Assembly (NCBI GenBank): GCA_965205855.1 | Contig: OZ242184.1 | Coordinates: 512,001-576,000 of the forward strand | Source: Thermodesulfobacteriota bacterium | Lineage (GTDB): Bacteria > Desulfobacterota_D > UBA1144 > Nemesobacterales > Mycalebacteriaceae | Length of the DNA stretch: 64,000 nt | Reading direction: 5' to 3' | Shown here: one piece after another, positions 27,439 to 39,400 of the stretch | Layout of the letters: the number at the start of each line of letters is the position of its first letter | Numbering within the stretch: the first letter of the stretch is position 1 | The notes under the pieces: generated by a model | The model's database searches: none | What the model was told of the DNA's origin: nothing | The model's input: only the letters and a program-made list of their open reading frames with translations | Program-made: the position numbers and the translations under genes

Positions 27439-30400
27439 ATGGCTACTTCAAAATCTTCCCCATCGCCATTTCATTTTTTAGAGACAGCCTTCCTATCCAC
27501 TGCGCGTTTCTGCGTCGCAGCTTTTTTTTTGCTGATACTCTCGGCAACCGGGGCCAGTGCGCAGAACACCCTGCCCACCGGAGTACCGACCATTAGCGGC
27601 ACTCTGATCGAAGGCAGGGAACTGACGGCGGATACCTCGGGCATCAGCGATGCCGATGGCCCCGATCCCCTGCCGTTCACCTATCAATGGAACCGGAACG
27701 ACGGAACCACGGATACGGCAATCAGCGGCGCGGACTCTGCAACCTACACCCTGACCCAGGACGATGTCGGCGAGATGATCACCGTGACCGTCCGCTATAC
27801 CGATGCCAATAACACCAACGAAAGCCTGACCAGCGCGCCCACGTCGGCGATTACGGCGAATATGCCGCCCACCGCCAATGCCGGTTCAAATCAGAGGTGG
27901 GGCAAGGGCACAGAAGTCACGCTTGATGGCACGGGCAGTGACGATCCCGATGGCGATAATGCGGCCCTGACCTACCTTTGGGAACGGACTGCCGGCGCCA
28001 CCACGGTGACTTTAAGCGATACGACAGCCGCACAACCAACCTTCACCATTCCAACCCTGATACCGTCATCCGTCCCGGCCTCGTACACTTTCAGGCTGAT
28101 CGTTAGTGACGGGCAGGCATCGTCCGCCGCCGCCACCGTCAGAATCTTTATCAGACCGCTGTTTCAGGCAACCATCGCCAATCAGACCTTCAGCGTGGGC
28201 AATGCAATTACGCCTATAACTTTGCCCGAGGCGCGGGACGGGCCCAATTCATTGCCAAGTACCAATACCTATACGCTGGCTCCTCTGCCGGCTGGACTGG
28301 CCTTTGATCCTGCCAGCCGCACACTGTCTGGTACGCCGAGCAATCTTGGGACGTACAACCCGGTCTACACCGCGACAAATGGGGACGGAGACACGGATTC
28401 ACTGAGCTTTAGCATTGAAGTGACCACCAATACCCCGCCCACCACAACCGGGCTGACGGCCACGACTGCTGAGGACACCCCCTATACCTTTGCGGCGGGT
28501 AATTTCAACTTCGACGATGCCGAAAGCGGCGATAGCCTGCAACAAGTGCGCATCGCTACGCTACCCGCCAGCACCAGCGGCAGCCTGGCGCTGAACGGTA
28601 CGCTGGTCACCGTGCCCCAAGAGATTGCCGTTGCCGATATTCCGAATCTGGTCTATACCCCGGCGCTCAATGTCAACGGCGCTGCGACCTTCACCTTCAG
28701 TGTCTCCGACGGCACCGCCTTCAGTACCACCGCCACGGCAACCATCACCGTGACCGCGGTCAACGACCCGCCCATCATCGCCCAGGGGCTGACGGTGCCT
28801 GGCCTGGGTCTGACAGGGGGCCCACGGACGTTTGATCTGAGTAGCCTGTTTAGCGACATCGATGGCGATGCTCTGACCTACACCGTAAGCATCAGTAATG
28901 GAAGCGTGGCCTTTGTGACGGTCATCGCGGGCAGTGTGCTGAACATTGCCCCGCGAAACGAAGGCACCACAACCATCACGATCACGGCCGATGATGGCAA
29001 TGGCGGCACTGCCGAGCAGGTGGTGACCGTAACGGTGGTAGAAGCCCTCCCCACCGCTGTGATTACCTCAAATTACGACAGTCTGGTGAGGCTTGAGAGC
29101 GGATTTGAAGGTGTAGATGGTGGCGTTACCATCACATTTGACGGCAGCGCCAGTTTCGATCCCAGTGGCGCTCCTCTGACTTACCGCTGGGAGATGATTA
29201 ACTCCGATAACACCGGGGTTGACCTGGTGGGTACCGAAGCGATCTTTGAATTCACTACACCGCCCCGAATGGTGGGTCGAGTGCAAATGTTTCAATTTAC
29301 TCTCGTCGTAACCAACACTGTTACTAATTTCAGTTCACCCGGTTTCCCACACGGGCTCCCACCTATCGTTAACGTCACGGTCTTGCCGACTGGTGCCAAT
29401 AATGACCCCACCGGGTCACCGACCATCACTGGCAGCCTGAGCCAGGGCCAGACCCTGACGGCGTCGCGCGGCGACATTCAAGACCCCGATGGTCTGGTTA
29501 ATGTGGTTTTCAGTTATCAATGGAATAGGCACGATGCCGGCATGGACACGCCGATCAGCGGGGCCACCGGGAGCAGCTACCGGCTGACCCCGGACGATGT
29601 GGACGAGTTGATCACCGTGACCGCCAGCTATAGAGATAACCAACGAACCGACGAAAGTGTGACCAGTGCTCCCGTCGGGCCGGTGGCGGCGCCCGCTCTC
29701 CCCCCCAGCGCTGTGATTACCTCAAATTACGACAGTCTGGTGAGGCTTAATAACGGATCCAGGGGCGTAGACGGTGGCGTCACCATCCGGTTTGACGGCA
29801 GCGGCAGTTCCGATCCCGGTGGCGGTTCCCTGATCTACTCCTGGCGGTTGCTTGACACCGAGACCGGCGGGTTTACCGAGCTGGGCACCGAAGCGACCTT
29901 TGAATACACCACACCGTCCCGAATGACTGAATCTCAAGATTTTCTAATCTATCTCGTCGTGACCAACACTGCTAATCTGAGTTCACCCGGGTTGGCAGAT
30001 TCTGAGACCATCAGTGTCTTTCCGGATAGCAGCAATGCCCCACCCAGCGGATTACCGACCGTTAGCGGCAACGCGACCCTGGGCGCAACCCTGACGGTGA
30101 ATACCTCCGGCATCAGCGATGCCGATGGCCCTGCTAATCTGTCATTCACCTATCAATGGAATACGCGGGTCGGGAGCACGGACACGCCGATCAGCGGAGC
30201 CACCGGGAACAGCTACCAGCTGACCCCGGACGAAGTGGGCGAGTTGATCACCGTGACGGCCCTGTATACGGATAATCAAATCACCGACGAAAGTGTGACC
30301 AGTGATCCCGTCGGGCCAGTGGCGTTGGCTGGCACTGGCGCGAATACCCCGCCCACCTCAAGCGGGCTGTCGGCTACGATAAACGAGGATACCTCCTATA

Positions 30401-33400
30401 CCTTCGCGACGGGCGACTTCACCTTTAACGATGCCGACGGCGATAGCCTGCAACGGGTGCGCATCGATACCCTGCCCGGTAGCGGCAGCCTGGCCCTGAA
30501 CAACGTAGCCGTCATCCTGGGGCAAGAGATTGCCGCCACCGCTATCCCCAATCTGGTCTATACCCCGGGCGCAAACGTTAATGGCACGGACAGCTTCACC
30601 TACAGCGTCTCTGACGGCACTGACTTCAGTGCCACATTCGCTACGGCAACCATAGCCATTAACGCGGTCAACGACGACCCCACTGGCGAGGTGACCATTA
30701 GCGGCATCCTGGCCGAGGGTCAGACCCTGACGGCGAACACCGACAGCATCAGCGATGCCGATGGCCCTGCTAGCCTGTCATTCACCTATCAATGGTTTGC
30801 GGGTACCAGTCAGATCAGCGGCGCAAACATGAGAACCTACACCCCGACCCAGGGCAATGTGGGCCAGATGATCAGCGTGGACGTCAGCTACATGGATGCC
30901 AATGGCATTGAAGGAGGTTTCTTCAGTGGTCCCGTCGGACCGGTGCTGGCGGCCAATGCTCCCCCCGTCGCTGTGGTTACCTCAGATTACGACAGTCTGG
31001 TGAGCACTACTTTAAATTTTAGTGGCGTAGATGGTGGCGTCACCATCACATTTGACGGCAGCGGCAGTTTCGATCCCAGTGGCGCTCCTCTGACTTACCG
31101 ATGGGAAACGCTTAACTCCGCGAGCACCGGGGTTGTAGTGGTGGGTACCGAAGCGATCTTTGAATACACTACACCGCCCCGAATGGTGGGTCGAGTGCAA
31201 GTGTTTCAATTTGCTCTCGTCGTGACCAACACTGTTAGTAATGTCAGTTCACCCAATTTCCTATCCGGGAACGCACCCATCACTTCTGTCTCGGTCTGGC
31301 CGGATGGCAATAACGACCCCACCGGGTCACCGACCATCACTGGCAACCCGACCCAGGGTCGGATCCTGACGGCGTCGCCCGGCGACATTCAAGATACGAA
31401 TGGCCTGACTAATGTGGTTTTCAGCTATCAATGGAATAGGCACGATGCTGGCACGGACACGCCGATCAGCGGGGCCACCGGGGACAGCTACCGGCTGACC
31501 CCGGCCGATGTGGGCGAGGAGATCACCGTGACCGCCAGCTATAGAGATAACCAACAAACCGACGAAAGTGTGACCAGTGCTCCCGTCGGGCCGGTGGCGG
31601 CGCCCTCTCTTCCCCCCAGCGCTGTGGTTACCTCAAATTACGACAGTCTGGTGAGGCGTGATAGCGGAGAGGAGGGCGTAGACGGTGGCGTCACCATCCG
31701 GTTTGACGGCAGCGCCAGTTCCGATCCAGGTGGCGGTTCCCTGACCTACTCCTGGCGGTTGCTTAACACCGAGACCGGCGGGTTTACCGAGCTGGGTACC
31801 GAAGCGACCTTTGAATACACTACACCGACCCGAATGGCTCAAGCTCAAAATTTCCTGATCCAGCTCATCGTGACCAACTCTGCTGGTATAAGTTCGCCCG
31901 AGTTGGCAAATCCTGAGGTTGTCAGGGTCTTGTCGGATAGCGGCAATACCCCACCCACCGGATTACCGACCATTAGCGGCAACGCGGCCGTGGGCGCGAC
32001 CCTGACGGCGGACACCGACGGCATCAGCGATGCCGATGGCCCTGATCCCCTGTCATTCACCTATCAATGGTTTGCGAACGACGGAACCACGAACGAGGCG
32101 ATCAGCGGCGCGACCTCTGCGACCTACATCCTGACCCCGGACGAAATGGGCGATCAAATCACCGTGACCGTCAGCTATACCGATGCTGGCAGCACCGACG
32201 AGACCCTGACCAGCGCGCCCACGATAGCGGTCGCGGCGAGCAGTACCTCTAATACCCCGCCGACCTCAAGCGGACTGACGGTCTCGACAGAAGAGGATAC
32301 CGCCCACAGCTTTGCGGCGGCCGAGTTCACCTTTGCCGATGCCGACGGCGATGCCCTGCACAGCCTGCGCATCGACACGCTGCCCGCCACCGGCAGCCTG
32401 ACCCTTGATGGCGCTGCGGTTATCGCCGGGGATGTGATCCCCGCCGCCGGGATCGGGACCCTCGTCTATACCCCGGCCGCGAATGCCACCGGCGATGTCA
32501 GTTTCACCTTCAGCCTCTCCGACGACTCCGACGGCACCACCTTCGGCGCAACCGCCACGGCAACCGTCACCATCGACGCCGTCAATGATGCGCCGACCAC
32601 GAGCGGGCTGACGGTCTCGACACAAGAGGATACCGCTCACAGCTTTACGGCGGGCGAGTTCAACTTTGCCGATGCGGACGGCGATGACCTTGACAGCCTG
32701 CGCATCGACACGCTGCCCGCAACCGGCAGCCTGACCCTCGACGGCACTGCGGTGACCGCGGGGGATGTGATCGCCGCCGCCGGTATCTCGAACCTTGTCT
32801 ATACCCCGGCTGAGAATGCCACCGGCGATGACACCTTCACCTTCAGCCTCTCCGACGGCACCGCCTTTGGCGCAACCGCCACGGCAACCGTCAGCATCGG
32901 CGCGGAGAATGACGCGCCGACCACGAGCGGGCTGGCGGTCTCGACGCAAGAGGATACCGCCCACAGCTTTACGGCGGGCGAGTTCAACTTTACCGATGCG
33001 GACGGCGATGCCCTGGACAGCCTGCGCATCGACACGCTGCCCGCAACTGGCAACCTGACCCTCGACGGCACTGCGGTGACCGCGGGGGATGTGATCGCCG
33101 CCGCCGGTATCTCGAACCTTGTCTATACCCCGGCTGAGAATGCCACCGGCGATGTCACCTTCACCTTCAGCCTCTCCGACGGCACCGTCTTTGGCGCAAC
33201 CGCCACGGCAACCGTCACCGTGACTGCGGTTAATGACGCACCCACCGCCGATGCTGGTGCTGACCAGGCCGTCGCCGAAGGCGCCAGCGTCACCCTGAAC
33301 GGCAGCGGCAACGATCCCGAGAACGCGAGCCTGAGCTACACCTGGACTCAGACCAGCGGAACCCCGATGGTGACCCTGACCGACGCGGACACCGCCACAC

Positions 33401-36400
33401 CGACCTTCACCGCCCCCGAGAACCTCTTGGCTGATGCGGTGCTGGTCTTTTCCCTGATCGTGAACGATGGCGTGAGTGACTCGTCTGCCGCTACCGTCAC
33501 CATCACCACCACCGCCGGCACCAATGACCCGCCCACCGCCGATGCTGGTGTTGACCAGACCGTCGCCGAGGGCGCCAGCGTCACCCTGAACGGCAGCGGC
33601 AACGATCCCGAGAACGCGAACCTGAGCTACACCTGGACGCAGGCCAGCGGAACCCCGATGGTGACCCTGACCGACGCGGACACCGCCACGCCGACCTTCA
33701 CCGCCCCCGAGAACCTCTTGGCTGATGCGGTGCTGGTCTTTTCCCTGATCGTGAACGATGGCGTGAGTGACTCTCAAGCCGCTACCGTCACCATCACCAC
33801 CACCGCCGGCACCAATGACCCGCCCACCGCCGATGCTGGTGTTGACCAGACCGTCGCCGAAGGCGCCAGCGTCACCCTGAACGGCAGCGGCAACGATCCC
33901 GAGAACGCGAACCTGAGCTACACCTGGACGCAGGCCAGCGGAACCCCGATGGTGACCCTGACCGACGCGGACACCGCCACGCCGACCTTCACCGCCCCCG
34001 AGAACCTCTTGGCTGATGCGGTGCTGGTCTTTTCCCTGATCGTGAACGATGGCGTGAGTGACTCTCAAGCCGCTACCGTCACCATCACCACCACCGCCGG
34101 CACCAATGACCCGCCCACCGCCGATGCTGGTGTTGACCAGACCGTCGCCGAAGGCGCCAGCGTCACCCTGAACGGCAGCGGCAACGATCCCGAGAACGCG
34201 AACCTGAGCTACACCTGGACGCAGGCCAGCGGAACCCCGATGGTGACCCTGACCGACGCGGACACCGCCACGCCGACCTTCACCGCCCCCGAGAACCTCT
34301 TGGCTGATGCGGTGCTGGTCTTTTCCCTGATCGTGAACGATGGCGTGAGTGACTCTCAAGCCGCTACCGTCACCATCACCACCACCGCCGGCCAGAATGA
34401 CCCGCCCACCGCCGATGCTGGTGTTGACCAGACCGTCGCCGAGGGCGTCAGCGTCACCCTGAACGGCAGCGGCAACGATCCCGAGAACGCGAACCTGAGC
34501 TACACCTGGACGCAGGCCAGCGGAACCCCGATGGTGACCCTGACCGACGCGGACACCGCCACGCCGACCTTCACCGCCCCCGAGAACCTCTTGGCTGATG
34601 CGGTGCTGGTCTTTTCCCTGATCGTGAACGATGGCGTGAGTGACTCTCAAGCCGCTACCGTCACCATCACCACCACCGCCGGCCAGAATGACCCGCCCAC
34701 CGCCGATGCTGGTGTTGACCAGACCGTCGCCGAGGGCGCCAGCGTCACCCTGAACGGCAGCGGCAACGATCCCGAGAACGCGAACCTGAGCTACACCTGG
34801 ACGCAGGCCAGCGGAACCCCGATGGTGACCCTGACCGACGCGGACACCGCCACGCCGACCTTCACCGCCCCCGAGAACCTCTTGGCTGATGCGGTGCTGG
34901 TCTTTTCCCTGATCGTGAACGATGGCGTGAGTGACTCTCAAGCCGCTACCGTCACCATCACCACCACCGCCGGCCAGAATGACCCGCCCACCGCCGATGC
35001 TGGTGTTGACCAGACCGTCGCCGAGGGCGCCAGCGTCACCCTGAACGGCAGCGGCAACGATCCCGAGAACGCGAACCTGAGCTACACCTGGACGCAGGCC
35101 AGCGGAACCCCGATGGTGACCCTGACCGACGCGGACACCGCCACGCCGACCTTCACCGCCCCCGAGAACCTCTTGGCTGATGCGGTGCTGGTCTTTTCCC
35201 TGATCGTGAACGATGGCGTGAGTGACTCTCAAGCCGCTACCGTCACCATCACCACCACCGCCGGCCAGAATGACCCGCCCACCGCCGATGCTGGTGTTGA
35301 CCAGACCGTCGCCGAGGGCGCCAGCGTCACCCTGAACGGCAGCGGCAACGATCCCGAGAACGCGAACCTGAGCTACACCTGGACGCAGGCCAGCGGAACC
35401 CCGATGGTGACCCTGACCGACGCGGACACCGCCACGCCGACCTTCACCGCCCCCGAGAACCTCTTGGCTGATGCGGTGCTGGTCTTTTCCCTGATCGTGA
35501 ACGATGGCGTGAGTGACTCTCAAGCCGCTACCGTCACCATCACCACCACCGCCGGCCAGAATGACCCGCCCACCGCCGATGCTGGTGTTGACCAGACCGT
35601 CGCCGAGGGCGCCAGCGTCACCCTGAACGGCAGCGGCAACGATCCCGAGAACGCGAACCTGAGCTACACCTGGACGCAGGCCAGCGGAACCCCGATGGTG
35701 ACCCTGACCGACGCGGACACCGCCACGCCGACCTTCACCGCCCCCGAGAACCTCTTGGCTGATGCGGTGCTGGTCTTTTCCCTGATCGTGAACGATGGCG
35801 TGAGTGACTCTCAAGCCGCTACCGTCACCATCACCACCACCGCCACCCCCAATAATCCGCCCACCACCAACGCACCTCTGACCGTGCCTGGCCTGAGTCT
35901 GGCGGCGGGTGAGCAGACGGTTGATCTGAGTAACGGGTTTAGCGACGCTGACGGCGATATGTTGAGCTACGAGGCAGAGTCTGAAGATGAAGACATCGTT
36001 ACGGTGAGTGTCGCGGGCAGTACGCTAACCATAACCCCGGTGGGTGCCGGTACGGCGACGCTAACGCTCAGGGCCAATGATGGCAATGGTGGCACGGTCG
36101 AGCAGACGGTGATGGCAACGGTGGGCAACAGTGCGCCCACGACCAGTACAACGATTACGGTGTCGGCGTTAACTGTGGCCGGGGGTGAACAGACGGTTGA
36201 ACTGAGTAACGGGTTTAGCGACGCTGACGGCGATATGTTGAGCTACGAGGCAGAGTCTGATGATGAGGACATCGTTACGGTAGCGGTAGCGGGCAGTATG
36301 CTGACCATAACCCCGGTGGGTGCCGGTACGGCGACGCTAACGCTCAGGGCCAATGATGGCAATGGTGGCACGGTCGAGCAGATGGTGATGGCAACGGTGG

Positions 36401-39400
36401 GCAACAGTGCGCCCACGACCAGTACAACGATTACGGTGCCGGCGTTAACTGTGGCCGGGGGTGAACAGACGGTTGATTTGAATAGTGGGTTTATCGACCC
36501 TGACGGCGACACGTTGAGCTACGAGGCAGAGTCTGATGATGAAGACATCGTTACGGTAGCGGTAGCGGGCAGTATGCTGACCATAACCCCGGTGGGTAAC
36601 GGTACGGCGACGCTGACGCTCAGGGCCAATGATGGCAATGGTGGCACGGTCGAGCAGACGGTGATGGCAACGGTGGGCAACAGTGCGCCCACGACCAGTA
36701 CAACGATTACGGTGCCGGCGTTAACTGTGGCCGGGGGTGAACAGACGGTTGAACTGAGTAACGGGTTTAGCGACGCTGACGGCGATATGTTGAGCTACGA
36801 GGCAGAGTCTGATGATGAGGACATCGTTACGGTGAGTGTCGCGGGCAGTACGCTGACCATAACCCCGGTGGGTAACGGTACGGCGACGCTGACGCTCAGG
36901 GCCAATGATGGCAATGGTGGCACGGTCGAGCAGACGGTGATGGCAACGGTGGGCAACAGTGCGCCCACGACCAGTACAACGATTACGGTGCCGGCGTTAA
37001 CTGTGGCCGGGGGTGAACAGACGGTTGAACTGAGTAACGGGTTTAGCGACGCTGACGGCGATACGTTGAGCTACGAGGCAGAGTCTGATGATGAAGACAT
37101 CGTTACGGTGAGTGTTGCGGGCAGTACTCTGACCATTATCCCGGTGGGTAACGGTACGGCGACGCTGACGCTCAGGGCCAATGATGGCAATGGTGGCATG
37201 GTCGAGCAGACGGTGATGGCAACGGTGGGCAACAGTGCGCCCACGACCAGTACAACGATTACGGTGCCGGCGTTAACTGTGGCCGGGGGTGAACAGACGG
37301 TTGATTTGAATAGTGGGTTTATCGACCCTGACGGCGATATGTTGAGCTACGAGGCAGAGTCTGATGATGAAGACATCGTTACGGTAGCGGTAGCGGGCAG
37401 TATGCTGACCATAACCCCGGTGGGTGCCGGTACGGCGACGCTGACGCTCAGGGCCAATGATGGCAATGGTGGCATGGTCGAGCAGACGGTGATGGCAACG
37501 GTGGGCAACAGTGCGCCCACGACCAGTACAACGATTACGGTGCCGGCGTTAACTGTGGCCGGGGGTGAACAGACGGTTGATTTGAATAGTGGGTTTATCG
37601 ACCCTGACGGCGATATGTTGAGCTACGAGGCAGAGTCTGATGATGAAGACATCGTTACGGTGAGTGTTGCGGGCAGTACTCTGACCATTATTCCGGTGGG
37701 TAACGGTACGGCGACGCTGACGCTCAGGGCCAATGATGGCAATGGTGGCATGGTCGAGCAGACGGTGATGGCAACGGTGGGCAACAGTGCGCCCACGACC
37801 AGTACAACGATTACGGTGCCGGCGTTAACTGTGGCCGGGGGTGAACAGACGGTTGATTTGAATAGTGGGTTTAGCGACCCTGACGGCGATACGTTGAGCT
37901 ACGAGGCAGAGTCTGATGATGAAGACACCGTCACGGTGAGTGTCGCGGGCAGTACTCTGACCATTATTCCGGTGGGTAACGGTACGGCGACGCTGACGCT
38001 CAGGGCCAATGATGGCAATGGTGGCATGGTCGAGCAGACGGTGATGGCAACGGTGGGCAACAGTGCGCCCACGACCAGTACAACGATTACGGTGCCGGCG
38101 TTAACTGTGGCCGGGGGTGAACAGACGGTTGATTTGAATAGTGGGTTTATCGACCCTGACGGCGATATGTTGAGCTACGAGGCAGAGTCTGATGATGAAG
38201 ACATCGTTACGGTGAGTGTTGCGGGCAGTACTCTGACCATTATTCCGGTGGGTAACGGTACGGCGACGCTGACGCTCAGGGCCAATGATGGCAATGGTGG
38301 CATGGTCGAGCAGACGGTGATGGCAACGGTGGGCAACAGTGCGCCCACGACCAGTACAACGATTACGGTGCCGGCGTTAACTGTGGCCGGGGGTGAACAG
38401 ACGGTTGATTTGAATAGTGGGTTTAGCGACCCTGACGGCGATACGTTGAGCTACGAGGCAGAGTCTGATGATGAAGACACCGTCACGGTGAGTGTCGCGG
38501 GCAGTACTCTGACCATTATCCCGGTGGGTAACGGTACGGCGACGCTAACGCTCAGGGCCAATGATGGCAATGGTGGCACGGTCGAGCAGACGGTGATGGC
38601 AACGGTGGGCAACAGTGCGCCCACGACCAGTACAACGATTACGGTGCCGGCGTTAACTGTGGCCGGGGGTGAACAGACGGTTGATTTGAATAGTGGGTTT
38701 ATCGACCCTGACGGCGATATGTTGAGCTACGAGGCAGAGTCTGATGATGAAGACATCGTTACGGTGAGTGTTGCGGGCAGTACTCTGACCATTATTCCGG
38801 TGGGTAACGGTACGGCGACGCTGACGCTCAGGGCCAATGATGGCAATGGTGGCATGGTCGAGCAGACGGTGATGGCAACGGTGGGCAACAGTGCGCCCAC
38901 GACCAGTACAACGATTACGGTGCCGGCGTTAACTGTGGCCGGGGGTGAACAGACGGTTGATTTGAATAGTGGGTTTAGCGACCCTGACGGCGATACGTTG
39001 AGCTACGAGGCAGAGTCTGATGATGAAGACACCGTCACGGTGAGTGTCGCGGGCAGTACTCTGACCATTATTCCGGTGGGTAACGGTACGGCGACGCTGA
39101 CGCTCAGGGCCAATGATGGCAATGGTGGCATGGTCGAGCAGACGGTGATGGCAACGGTGGGCAACAGTGCGCCCACGACCAGTACAACGATTACGGTGCC
39201 GGCGTTAACTGTGGCCGGGGGTGAACAGACGGTTGATTTGAATAGTGGGTTTATCGACCCTGACGGCGATACGTTGAGCTACGAGGCAGAGTCTGATGAT
39301 GAAGACACCGTCACGGTGAGTGTCGCGGGCAGTATGCTGACCATAACCCCGGTGGGTAACGGTACGGCGACGCTGACGCTCAGGGCCAATGATGGCAATG

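Noticed and set aside
29041-31950. Diversity-generating retroelement as the source of hypervariable loops
   Set aside because: No reverse transcriptase or non-coding template repeat in the window, and differences are not confined to adenines. A trans-acting DGR elsewhere cannot be tested here.
32266-35814. 1182-aa minus-strand ORF (also 45381-49172, 7129-9063, 59761-61407, 4894-6411 and many short ones)
   Set aside because: These are antisense shadows of the plus-strand repeats. Biased codon use leaves few stops on the opposite strand, and the products are G/R/V/H-rich and mirror the repeat period.
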